The notes under the pieces are model-generated. The model worked only from the letters and a program-made list of their open reading frames with translations, was not told where the DNA came from and made no database searches. This document shows positions 29,825 through 41,536 of a stretch of 64,000 nucleotides of DNA, piece by piece (the first letter of the stretch is position 1; each line of letters begins with the position of its first letter). Source of the DNA: Myxococcota bacterium (GTDB taxonomy: Bacteria > Myxococcota_A > Polyangia > Nannocystales > Nannocystaceae); assembly GCA_039028615.1 (NCBI GenBank), contig JBCCHT010000007.1, forward strand, positions 231,405-295,404. Direction: 5' to 3'. The position numbers were made by a program, and so were the translations under genes.

Positions 29825-30610
29825 GTGGCCGTGCTGAGGGCCACCGGTCGAATGGTGCTGGCCGAGGTCGGACGCCTCGTCTCGTACTCCGCCCTCACCG
29901 TGATGGTCCTCGGGGCCATGATCCGCCAGACTCGAGAAGGCGGCGGCATGGTGCGGCTGCAGATCGCCCGGCAGATCGTCTTCAGCGCGTGGGACGGCAT
30001 CCGGCTGGTCCTGCTCATCGGCGGGCTCATGTCGATCTCGCTCGTCGCCCTGTCGGCCACCCTGCTGCCGAGCTTCGAGGCCACCGCCGTCGTGGGCCGC
30101 GTGCTCACCCACGCCCTCGTGCGCGAGCTCGCCCCGCTGATGACCGCGATCCTGGTCATCCTGCGATCGTGCGGCGCCATCGCGGTGGAGCTGGGCTACA
30201 TGAGCTGGCGCGGTGAGATCGAGGGCCTCGAGACCCTCGGCATCGACCCGCTCAAGTTCCTGGTGCTGCCTCGTTTCGCCGGCCTGGTGGTGGCGGTGGT
30301 CAGCCTGACCATGGTCTACATCGTGGTCGCGATCGGGGCGGGCTTCTTGACCGCACAGCTGTTCGCGATCGCCCCTTCATTCGGCTACATCAGCGCGAAC
30401 ATCGAGGCGTTCCTCTACCCCGAGGACCTGATCATCGCGTTCATCAAGAGCGTGCTCTTCGGCGCCACGATCGCCTCGATCGCGTGCTACCACGGGCTGT
30501 CGGTGCGCAACGACCTCACCGCGGTGCCGCGCCGCAGCAGCCGAGCGGTGGTCGAGTCCCTCAGCTGGTGCACCATCATCGGCGTCGCCATCACCCTCAT
30601 CACCCTATGA
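29825..30610 (+). CDS. mlaE: MlaE-family ABC permease
   Basis: VRELAPLMTAI, EL..M...GEIEGL..LGIDP..FLVLPR and IKS.LFG..IA.IACYHG. Confidence 0.88.
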   Translation: MAVLRATGRMVLAEVGRLVSYSALTVMVLGAMIRQTREGGGMVRLQIARQIVFSAWDGIRLVLLIGGLMSISLVALSATLLPSFEATAVVGRVLTHALVRELAPLMTAILVILRSCGAIAVELGYMSWRGEIEGLETLGIDPLKFLVLPRFAGLVVAVVSLTMVYIVVAIGAGFLTAQLFAIAPSFGYISANIEAFLYPEDLIIAFIKSVLFGATIASIACYHGLSVRNDLTAVPRRSSRAVVESLSWCTIIGVAITLITL

Positions 30611-31284
30611 GCATGATCGAGGTCGAAGGGCTGGGCATCGAGCGGGACGGAGCCGCGCTCCGCGACGTGAGCCTGATCGTGGCCGAAGGCGAATCGCTGG
30701 CCGTGGTCGGTGAAGACCAAGCCGCGCTGACCCTGCTCGTTCGCTGTTGCGGAGGCCTGCAGCCGCCCGATCGGGGGCGGATCCGCGTCGCCGGCGTCGA
30801 CATCACCGCGGCCAATCGGCGAACTCTGCTGGCTCTGCGCCGCACGGTGGGTTACGTCTCAGTTGACGGTGGGCTGCTGTCCAACATGACCCTGCGCCAG
30901 AACATCGAGCTCCCCATGCGCTACCACGCGCTCGCGGAGCGCCCGATCGTCGAGCAGCGGGCGGCCGAGCTGCTCGAGCAGGCCGGGATGGAGCGCCACG
31001 CCGATGCGCTCGCCTCCACCGTACCCGCCGAGATCCAAAAGTGTGCGGCCTACCTGCGGGCGGTGGCCATCGAGCCGCGGGTGCTTCTGGTCGAAGACCC
31101 CAGCGCCCTGCTCCACCCGCGGGGGCGCACCATCGTGCGCGCGCTGTACCAGCAGCTGCGGGCCCGGGGCGTCAGCGTGCTGATGACCGACGACGACGTC
31201 GAGTTCGCGACCGAGCTGAGCGACCGCCAGCTGCACGTCGAAGGCGACCAGATCGTCCCTGGTCCCGGGGAGGTCCGCGGATGA
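30607..31284 (+). CDS. MlaF-like ABC ATP-binding domain with degenerate catalytic motifs
   Basis: ABC fold recognisable (LRDVSL.V..GE, PDRGRI.V.G, LSNMTLRQNI.LP). Walker A reads GEDQAALT, the signature region VPAEIQK, Walker B LLVEDP and the H-loop MTDD. Confidence 0.8.
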   Translation: MSMIEVEGLGIERDGAALRDVSLIVAEGESLAVVGEDQAALTLLVRCCGGLQPPDRGRIRVAGVDITAANRRTLLALRRTVGYVSVDGGLLSNMTLRQNIELPMRYHALAERPIVEQRAAELLEQAGMERHADALASTVPAEIQKCAAYLRAVAIEPRVLLVEDPSALLHPRGRTIVRALYQQLRARGVSVLMTDDDVEFATELSDRQLHVEGDQIVPGPGEVRG

Positions 31285-32321
31285 GCCTGCCCTTCCGCAT
31301 CCGGCGATCCGAGTGGGTCGCAGGCGCCCTGCTCATGCTCTCCGTGGTAGCCCTGGTGGCCAGCCTGGTGCTGCTGTCGCGGGCGCGGGGCAGCTTCGAG
31401 TCCACCGTCACCTACTACGCGGTGCTCGAGGAGGGCTACGGCATCACCCCCGGCGGGCGGGTCGAGATGCTCGGCATCGACATCGGTCGCATCGAGTCGC
31501 TCGAGATCACCGACGACAACAAGGTGTCGGCGCGCATCGAGGTCCGCGAGCGCTTCGCCGCGCGCATCCTCCAAGACTCCCGCGCCCGGGTCAAAGCCTC
31601 GCTCGATCTACAGGGGGTGCTCGGCGGGGTGGGGCTGGCCGTCAGCGCGGGCACGCCCGGGGTCGCACGCCTGGAGCCCGGCTCGACCATCACCGTCGAC
31701 GAGCCGCGCACGGTGGCCGACCTGCTGCCCATGGTCGAGGGCGATCCGCTCATCCAGGACATCGAAGCGCTGGTGCACAACGCCCGGCGCATGAGCGACG
31801 AGGTCGCCGATCCCAACTCGCCCTTGCAGCAGGCGCTCGTGCAGGCCACCGCTCTGCTGACCAAGGTTCAAGACGAAAAGAGCACCATCGGTCGCATCCT
31901 CCAGGACGACGGCCAGATGTATGCGCGCCTCGTCGGCACCCTCGACAGCGTCGAGCAATCGCTCGAGCGGCTCGACAAGGTCCTCGCCCGATCGGGAACG
32001 CTGATTCGCGACGCCGACGGCATGGTCGACCGCGGCGGCAAGCTCATGGACAAGGCGGGCGGGCTCATCGACGACAGCCAGCAGGTCGTGGGCGGCATCT
32101 CCCCCGTGCTCGACACCACCGACGACGCCATGAAGGAGCTGAACGCCGCGGTGAAGGCCTTCGCCGACACCACCACCGAGCTCAAGGCGGTGGTCGAAGC
32201 CATGGGCCCGCTGGTGGAGAACATGGACGACATGGTGCGCAACATGGACGAGGTCGCCGAAGCGACCAAGAAGGTGTGGCCCATTCGCAAGCACGCGCGT
32301 CGCAACGAGAAGCGAGACTGA
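31281..32321 (+). CDS. mlaD: MlaD/MCE family protein
   Basis: N-terminal TM helix, GI.PGG.V.MLGI.IG.I and a long helical C-terminal region. Confidence 0.88.
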   Translation: MSLPFRIRRSEWVAGALLMLSVVALVASLVLLSRARGSFESTVTYYAVLEEGYGITPGGRVEMLGIDIGRIESLEITDDNKVSARIEVRERFAARILQDSRARVKASLDLQGVLGGVGLAVSAGTPGVARLEPGSTITVDEPRTVADLLPMVEGDPLIQDIEALVHNARRMSDEVADPNSPLQQALVQATALLTKVQDEKSTIGRILQDDGQMYARLVGTLDSVEQSLERLDKVLARSGTLIRDADGMVDRGGKLMDKAGGLIDDSQQVVGGISPVLDTTDDAMKELNAAVKAFADTTTELKAVVEAMGPLVENMDDMVRNMDEVAEATKKVWPIRKHARRNEKRD

Positions 32322-32382
32322 CGCCATTCCCTTACGAGGTCCGGGGGTACAATCGAAGGCCCGAGCCGCCCGCCGCCTGCTC

Positions 32383-35105
<2,723 letters not shown>

Positions 35106-35109
<4 letters not shown>

Positions 35110-35759
35110 CCGATTCCGAAACCAACGACGCCCCGACGGACTGGCTCGCCTTTTGGGAGGCCGGAGACACCGGGTGGCACGAAGACCAAGTCCACCCCGC
35201 CATCGTCGAGCACGCCAAAGGCTGGAAGCGCGTGCTCGTGCCCCTGTGCGGCGCGACCGTGGACATGGCGTGGATGGCCGAGCGCGACCACGAGGTGGTC
35301 GGCATCGAGCTGTCCGAGCTCGCCTGCCGCCGGGTCTTCGACGATTGGGGCAAGACGCCCGCCATCGACACCCATACTGCAGACGGCACGAGCTACGAGC
35401 GCTACCACGCCTCGGGCCTGACCCTGCTGCGCGGAGACATGCTCGCCCTGGCCCCGAGCCACGCCGGGACCTTCGACGCGGTGTGGGACCGCGGCTCGCT
35501 CGTCGCCCTGTCGCCCGAGCAACGGCGGCCCTACCTCGATGCCCTGTCTCGGGTCGCCGCCGGAGCCCAGCTGCTGTTGGTGACCTTCGAGTACCAGCTC
35601 GACGCCATGAAGGGTCCGCCCTTTTCCATCTCGCCCGCGCTGGTGCGCGACAGCTTCGACGAGGTCGAGCAGGTCCACGAGGACCGCGACCTGACCTTCC
35701 CCACCGACCCCGAGCCGCTGACCGTCACCCGCCGCTGGTATCGGGCTCGAATCCGCTGA
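35106..35759 (+). CDS. Thiopurine S-methyltransferase (TPMT) family
   Basis: W...W..G.TGWH, RVLVPLCG, VVGIELSE, DAVWDRG.LVAL and GPPFSI. ATGA overlap with the kinase. Confidence 0.88.
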
Positions 35760-35986
35760 CCGCCGCGGGGGGGCGGCCGAACTCGCGCGAGGTTCGCGAG
35801 TTCCCTTGCCGCGACCGAGCCCCGCTGGCCCGCTGGGGCTTTGCCCGACCATCAAAACGGGCCGCGGTTCCTGCCGATTCTGGAGCGGCCGCGGGTTCGG
35901 GCTCACCCCAATTGCGCCTGAAGGGGCCGGAGCCCGGGCCGCTTTGACAGCGACGCCCCTGGGGCGCAGGCTGTTTTCGGAAACGC

Positions 35987-37291
35987 ATGGCGCAGCGACC
36001 AGCTACCAAAGGACGCCGCCTGATCCGCTTGGCCTCGATGACCGCGCGGGTTGCGACGGGCTACACCAAGTCTCGGGTCAAGTCGGTCTTCCAGAGCAAG
36101 GAAGCCGCCGATCGCGATCGTCTCAAGGCCCACGAAGAGGCGGGTGAGCTCATCGCCCAGACCCTGGGCGAGCTCAAGGGCGCGGTGATGAAGGTCGGGC
36201 AGATGGCCTCCATCGCGGGCGACCTGCTGCCCAAGGAAATGGCCGATGCCCTCGGCGCGCTGCAACGCGAAGCGCCGCCCATGGACTTCGAGGTCATCGC
36301 CGAGCAGATCGAGCGTGAGCTCGGGGCGCCGCCGCCCATGCTCTTCGAGCGCTTCGACCCCGAGCCCTTCGCCTCGGCGTCCATCGGCCAGGTCCACCGC
36401 GCCCGCACCGACGACGGCCGCGAGGTCGTGGTCAAGGTGCAGTACCCGGGCGTCGACGATGCCGTCGATTCCGACCTCGCCCACCTAAAGGTGGCCCTGC
36501 GCGCCAGCGGCCTGGTCAAGATCAAGAAGAAGGCCCTCGACGCCGTCTTCGCCGAGCTCAAGGCCCGGCTCGTCGAGGAGCTCGACTACTGCAACGAGGC
36601 CGACAACGTGCGGCTCTTCGCCGACTACTACCGCGACCACGAGCACGTCGTGGTGCCCGAGGTCGTCGGCGAGCGCAGCAGCCAGCGCGTGCTCACCCTG
36701 ACCTACGAGCCCGGCCATCACATCACCGAGCTCGACGGCTTCAGCCAGCAGGTCCGCAACGACATCGGCGCGGCCCTGTTCCGCACCCTGGCCGACCAGA
36801 TCTTCAACCTCCAGGTCCTGCACGCTGACCCGAACCCGGGCAACTTCGCGTTCCGCCCCGACGGCACCGTGGTCCTGTACGACTTCGGCTGCGTCAAGCG
36901 GCTCGACCCCGAGATCATCGAGGCCTACCGCGACACCATTCGCGCCGGCTTCACCGAGGACTACGAGGGCATCGAGGCCGGCCTCATCCGCTTGGGGGCC
37001 CGCAACCTCGACGGCCCCGAGATTCCGCTCGACTACTACAAGCCGTGGCGAGACATCTTCTTGCGGCCACTGCTGGGCGACGACCCCTACGATTTCGGTC
37101 ACTCGAGCCTGCAAAAAGACGCGATCAAGCTCGTGCCCACCTTCCTGACCAAGTACATCGGGGCGTTCCAGCCTCCGGTCGAGATGGTGTTCCTCGATCG
37201 CGTGGTGGTCGGGCACTACGGCAACCTGCGGAAGCTCGGCGCGATCGCGCAGTACCGCGGCCTGCTCGAAGCCCACGTGCCCGGCGTCTGA
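35987..37291 (+). CDS. ABC1/AarF/UbiB atypical kinase
   Basis: LKGAVMKVGQ, PFASASIGQVH, VVVKVQYPGV, HADPNPGN and LYDFGC. Confidence 0.93.
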   Translation: MAQRPATKGRRLIRLASMTARVATGYTKSRVKSVFQSKEAADRDRLKAHEEAGELIAQTLGELKGAVMKVGQMASIAGDLLPKEMADALGALQREAPPMDFEVIAEQIERELGAPPPMLFERFDPEPFASASIGQVHRARTDDGREVVVKVQYPGVDDAVDSDLAHLKVALRASGLVKIKKKALDAVFAELKARLVEELDYCNEADNVRLFADYYRDHEHVVVPEVVGERSSQRVLTLTYEPGHHITELDGFSQQVRNDIGAALFRTLADQIFNLQVLHADPNPGNFAFRPDGTVVLYDFGCVKRLDPEIIEAYRDTIRAGFTEDYEGIEAGLIRLGARNLDGPEIPLDYYKPWRDIFLRPLLGDDPYDFGHSSLQKDAIKLVPTFLTKYIGAFQPPVEMVFLDRVVVGHYGNLRKLGAIAQYRGLLEAHVPGV

Positions 37292-37360
37292 ACCCGCCGC
37301 GGGTGTTTCGGTTTCATCGGAGCCCGCCGCATCGCCTCTCGATGCGTGCGGGTTCTCGCG

Positions 37361-37401
37361 TTGACACGCTCGCGCTTTCGGTCCACGGTGAATTCACCGT
37401 G
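37361..37401 (+). promoter_or_regulatory. Putative sigma70-type promoter overlapped by an 18-bp perfect palindrome
   Basis: TTGACA 37361-66, a 17-nt spacer and a weak -10 CACGGT 37384-89. Palindrome CACGGTGAATTCACCGTG at 37384-37401. Confidence 0.55.
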
Positions 37402-37518
37402 TCGATTCGACGCAGCCTCTTCGTGAAACCGCTGGTGAGCGGGGCCGAGCTCATTCGGTACCGTCACTGGCTGCCGGTTTCCCACGCCATGATGGCGATG
37501 GGAGACCCAGGTCCATAA
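37399..37518 (+). CDS. Putative leader peptide (39 aa from GTG, or 9 aa MMAMGDPGP from ATG 37489)
   Basis: MSIRRSLFVKPLVSGAELIRYRHWLPVSHAMMAMGDPGP*. Its last codons overlap the antiterminator arm. Confidence 0.5.
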   Translation: MSIRRSLFVKPLVSGAELIRYRHWLPVSHAMMAMGDPGP

Positions 37519-37548
37519 GGCGCGTACACGCACGAATTCGCAGGAATT

Positions 37549-37585
37549 ACGCCCTTCTGGACCATCCAGGAGGGCGTTTTTCTTT
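37549..37585 (+). terminator. Intrinsic terminator (attenuator) in the 5' leader of the ABC exporter operon
   Basis: Stem ACGCCCTTCTGGA / TCCAGGAGGGCGT followed by TTTTCTTT, ending about 26 nt before ATG 37612. Confidence 0.85.
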
Positions 37586-37611
37586 GTCTGACCACGGAAA
37601 CGAAACGAACG

Positions 37612-38610
37612 ATGACCGCCGCGATCGAGATCGACGAGCTGACCAAGACCTTCACCGTGCGCGAGCGCGGCAAGGGGCTCGTGGGCGCCATGCGAGCGGC
37701 CTTCGTCGCTCCCACCCGCACGCTGACCGCCGTCGATGCGCTGTCGTTGCGCGTCGAGCCGGGGGAGCGCATCGCCTTCATCGGGCCCAACGGCGCAGGT
37801 AAGTCCACTGCGCTCAAGATGCTCTCGGGCATCCTGCACCCCACCTCGGGGCGGGCGTCGGTCATGGGCCTGTGCCCCTGGGACGAGCGGCGCCGGCTGG
37901 CCCACCGCATCGGCACCGTCTTCGGGCAGCGCTCGCAGCTTTGGTACCACCTGCCCGCGGCCGAGACCTTCGAGCTGCTGGCGCGCATCTACGACCTGCC
38001 CCTGCCCCAGTATCGGCAGCGCCGCGACGGCCTCGTCGAGCGCTTCGAGATCGGGGCCCAGCTGAGCAAGCCGGTTCGGCAGCTCTCGCTCGGGCAGCGC
38101 ATGCGCTGCGAGGTGGTCGCGAGCCTGCTGCACGCGCCCGACGTGCTGTTCCTCGACGAGCCGACCATCGGCCTCGACGTGTCGGCCAAGGCCACCATCC
38201 GCGACGTGATCCGCCACGACTCCGAGCACCACGGGCGTACCGTCGTGCTCACCTCCCACGACACGGGCGACATGGAGCGGGTCTGCGACCGCGTGGTGGT
38301 CATCCACGCGGGGCGGGTGCTCGTCGACGAGCGCATCGAGCACTTGCGGACCCGTCTGCTGGGTCGCAAGCGCGTGGTGGTGCGCACCGCCGAAGCCACC
38401 CTCTCGCTCGACTTACCCGGGGTGCGGGTGCTGAGCCAGCGACCGCACCACACCACGCTCGAGGTGGAGACCGACCGCAGCCCCATCGAGACCGTGGTGC
38501 AGGCCGTGCTACGAAGCTCCGGCCTGCTCGACCTGACCATCGAAGACCCTCCGATGGATGAAGTGATCCAGACCCTCTACGAACGCGCACGACGACAGGC
38601 GAGCCCATGA
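37612..38610 (+). CDS. ABC exporter ATP-binding subunit
   Basis: GPNGAGKS, LSLGQRMR, LFLDEPTIGLD and TSHD. Confidence 0.95.
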   Translation: MTAAIEIDELTKTFTVRERGKGLVGAMRAAFVAPTRTLTAVDALSLRVEPGERIAFIGPNGAGKSTALKMLSGILHPTSGRASVMGLCPWDERRRLAHRIGTVFGQRSQLWYHLPAAETFELLARIYDLPLPQYRQRRDGLVERFEIGAQLSKPVRQLSLGQRMRCEVVASLLHAPDVLFLDEPTIGLDVSAKATIRDVIRHDSEHHGRTVVLTSHDTGDMERVCDRVVVIHAGRVLVDERIEHLRTRLLGRKRVVVRTAEATLSLDLPGVRVLSQRPHHTTLEVETDRSPIETVVQAVLRSSGLLDLTIEDPPMDEVIQTLYERARRQASP

Positions 38611-39389
38611 ACGCCAAGTACCTGTACATGGTCCGGGTCTCCGCTCGTCAGCGCCTGGCCGAGCGCGGCGCCCTGCTGGGCCGCGCCGGCTACTACGCGC
38701 TCGTGCTCTACGTGTTCTCGAAGATCTGGGAGGCCGTGCTCGCCGACCAATCGCTCGACTTCGCCGAGCCCCACCAGCTGGTCTGGTACCTGGCGATTAC
38801 GGAGTGGATCATCCTGTCGATCCCCGCCTTGCACCTCGAGGTCGAGGACGAGGTTCGCCAGGGTGACCTCGCCTACCGCCTCGCGCGGCCCGTGGCCTAC
38901 CCGCTCGCCAAGATCGCCGAGGGGGTGGGCAACCTCGTGGTGCGACTGGCCGCGATGGCGCCGCTGGGCTTCGGCGTCGCCTATGCGCTCACCGGGCAGC
39001 TGCCCACCGAGCCCGCGAACCTGCTGTGGCTGCTGCCCCTGGGGCTGCTCGCGGGCGTGCTGTGGACCCTCAACATGTTCGCGGTGGGCCTCAGCTCGTT
39101 CTGGCTGCACCAGTGCAAGCCCATCTACTGGATCTGGCAGAAGTCGGCCTTCGTGCTCGGCGGGCTCTTCTTGCCCCTCGACGTCTACCCCGACGGGCTG
39201 CGTCAGTTCGGGGAGTGGACGCCCTTTGCCGCCGTGCTCTACCGCCCGGGCACCCTCGCCCTGGGCGCCGAGACGGCCGACGCTCTGTTCACCATGGCCC
39301 TGCTGCTGGGGTGGATCGCCGTGTGTGGACTCGTCACCGCCGTGCTCTATCGCCGCGCCCTCGCTCGCCTCGAACTCTCGGGAGGATGA
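38607..39389 (+). CDS. ABC-2 family permease (DUF990-type)
   Basis: About 6 TM helices, EVRQGDLAY.L.RP and GGLFLPLDVYP. ATGA overlap. Confidence 0.88.
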   Translation: MNAKYLYMVRVSARQRLAERGALLGRAGYYALVLYVFSKIWEAVLADQSLDFAEPHQLVWYLAITEWIILSIPALHLEVEDEVRQGDLAYRLARPVAYPLAKIAEGVGNLVVRLAAMAPLGFGVAYALTGQLPTEPANLLWLLPLGLLAGVLWTLNMFAVGLSSFWLHQCKPIYWIWQKSAFVLGGLFLPLDVYPDGLRQFGEWTPFAAVLYRPGTLALGAETADALFTMALLLGWIAVCGLVTAVLYRRALARLELSGG

Positions 39390-40165
39390 CCATGCGCCTG
39401 TTCTTCGCCTTGTTGTCGACCAACCTCCAAGCCGTCCTCGCCCTGCGCACCACGTTCTGGATTCAGGCGCTGTTCATGGCGCTCAACAACGTCATCTTCT
39501 TCGTGTTCTGGTGGGTGCTCTTCGAGCGCTTCGACGAGATCCGAGGGTGGCGCATCGAGGACGTGGCCGCGCTTTTCGGGGTGTCGGCCGCAGGCTTCGG
39601 GATGGCGAGGATCTTCGCGGGGGGGCTCGATGGCCTCGCCGAGCGCATCGACGGCGGTCAGCTCGATCCGCTGCTCGTGCAGCCTCGCAGCGTGCTGCTC
39701 ATGACCCTGGGCTCGCGCACCAACGCCGACGGCTGGGGCGACGTGCTCAGCGGCTTCGTGCTGCTCGCATTTTCGGGATACCTCAGCGGCGTGGGCCTCG
39801 TGCTGGCCCCGCTCGCCGTGCTGCTCTCCGGCCTGGCCTTCACCGCCTCGGGGCTGCTCATCAACTGCCTGGCCTTCTGGCTCGGCCGCGTCGACGATCT
39901 CGCCCGGCTCATCTGGGACTTCCTGCTGGTGTTCAGCGTCTATCCGCCGTCGCTGTTCGGCGGGGCGCTGCGGGTCGTGCTCTACACGCTGATCCCCGCC
40001 GGGTTCGTGGCCTACTTGCCCACGGAGCTCCTCCGCAATCCCGCCGTGAACACGCTGGTCATCGCCTCGCTCGGGGCAGCGCTGTACGCCGTGCTCGCGG
40101 CCTGGGTCTTCAGTCGTGGGCTGCGGGTCTATGCCAGCGGCAGCCGCTTTGGCGTTCGCGATTGA
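39386..40165 (+). CDS. ABC-2 family permease (DUF990-type)
   Basis: IRGW, GQLD.LLVQP, YP..LF, IPAGFVAYLP and GLRVYASG. ATGA overlap. Confidence 0.88.
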   Translation: MTMRLFFALLSTNLQAVLALRTTFWIQALFMALNNVIFFVFWWVLFERFDEIRGWRIEDVAALFGVSAAGFGMARIFAGGLDGLAERIDGGQLDPLLVQPRSVLLMTLGSRTNADGWGDVLSGFVLLAFSGYLSGVGLVLAPLAVLLSGLAFTASGLLINCLAFWLGRVDDLARLIWDFLLVFSVYPPSLFGGALRVVLYTLIPAGFVAYLPTELLRNPAVNTLVIASLGAALYAVLAAWVFSRGLRVYASGSRFGVRD

Positions 40166-40192
40166 CCCGCGGGTCAACCCGGAGGTGGGTCG

Positions 40193-41536
40193 ATGTTTTC
40201 GGCCCGCCTTCGGGACTATCATCGAAGGCGCGAAGTGACCTCGACCTCCCCCGCCGACCGCTCGCCCGTATCGCCCGAGCGCATCGTGCTCCGCTGCGAG
40301 TCCTGCGGAGGCACCCTGCCCACGCCCGATGTGGCCTCGGTGCTCTGCCCCGGCTGCGGCGTGGTCAACCGCATCGACGGGGCATTGCTCGAGACGATCC
40401 GGGCCCATCAAAAGCGCGTCGGGCACTACCGCAAGCAGGTCGACAGCGCGACCGAGCAGGCCATCGGTGCCCGGCTGTCCCATGTGCTCGGCAAGGGGTG
40501 GGCGATCGGCATCGTCACGTCGTGGCTGGTCGCCGGGGTCGTGATGATCCCCGACACCCTCGCCACCCACCTGCTCGCGCTGGCGATCTTCGTGGGGCCC
40601 TTCATCGGGCTGTTCGTGCACGTCCGGCGAGCCGAGCGACGCATGCGAGCGGAGATCGTGGCGGCGCGGCAACGAGAGGCGATGGTGTACGTCGCCTGCC
40701 CGACCTGCGGCGGCCAGAGCGAGTTCCTGCCCGACGAGCCCGTGCGCCCCTGTGGCTACTGCGGCGGCACCTTGGCCGCCGATGCCCAGTCGCGGGCCGA
40801 CATGATCGCCGCCGCCCGGGACGAGGCCGTGCGCGAGCAGTGGATGGCGACCCACCAGCGCTGGCGGAGCAGCGCCATCACCCACCGCGATCCTGCGACC
40901 GATCTCGTCCCCTACTTCGTGATCGGCGGCCTGGGCTCGCTGCTCGTGCTCGGCACGGTGATCACCGACATTCGGCTGCTGCTGTTCGACCCGGGGCAGC
41001 CGGTCGACACGGGCGGACTCGTCGTGCTGCACGTGCTGTCCCTCGGGGTGCTCGTGGGCGTCGGCGCGCCGCTGTGGGCACGACGGAGCCGAGCGCGTCG
41101 CTGGACGGCCGCGGTCGACTCGCTCGCCCGTGCCACCCGTGGCCGGGTGGAGTGGACGCTCGGTGCGTTCGCGGAGTGGCTCGTCGCGCACTGGAGAGGC
41201 GAGTTCACGTCGCGCGAGATCTGTGCCGGTCGGCAGTACGCGGTCGTCCGCTCGACCCGCGCGCCGCTGTGGGCTCTGTCGCTCGCCCCCGTGGCGCTCG
41301 AGGACAGCCTGGTCGTCCGCCACGTGCGGCTCGTCGTGCCCGGGGATGCTCGCGGCCTCGCGCTGACCCGGTTCGCGGAGGCGATGCGTGAGCTCGGGAT
41401 GAAGGTCCGCCTCGAAGACGCCGGGCTCATTGCGCAGTGGGTCGGTCGGCCCGCCGATGGGCTCTACGACGACCCCGAGGGCCTACGGCCGCTCGCCGAG
41501 GCCATTGCCGCCGCCAGCGAGCCCGCTTCCCGCTAG
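40193..41536 (+). CDS. Membrane protein with two zinc-ribbon (CxxC...CxxC) modules
   Basis: CESCGG...CPGCG and CPTCGG...CGYCG, each followed by a pair of TM helices. Confidence 0.7.
   Translation: MFSARLRDYHRRREVTSTSPADRSPVSPERIVLRCESCGGTLPTPDVASVLCPGCGVVNRIDGALLETIRAHQKRVGHYRKQVDSATEQAIGARLSHVLGKGWAIGIVTSWLVAGVVMIPDTLATHLLALAIFVGPFIGLFVHVRRAERRMRAEIVAARQREAMVYVACPTCGGQSEFLPDEPVRPCGYCGGTLAADAQSRADMIAAARDEAVREQWMATHQRWRSSAITHRDPATDLVPYFVIGGLGSLLVLGTVITDIRLLLFDPGQPVDTGGLVVLHVLSLGVLVGVGAPLWARRSRARRWTAAVDSLARATRGRVEWTLGAFAEWLVAHWRGEFTSREICAGRQYAVVRSTRAPLWALSLAPVALEDSLVVRHVRLVVPGDARGLALTRFAEAMRELGMKVRLEDAGLIAQWVGRPADGLYDDPEGLRPLAEAIAAASEPASR

Noticed and set aside
35800..35850. Minus-strand GGGCAAA...GCAAG resembling a c-di-GMP-I riboswitch
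   Set aside because: It lacks the GNRA-capped stem and the GACGCAAA element, and no minus-strand gene follows.
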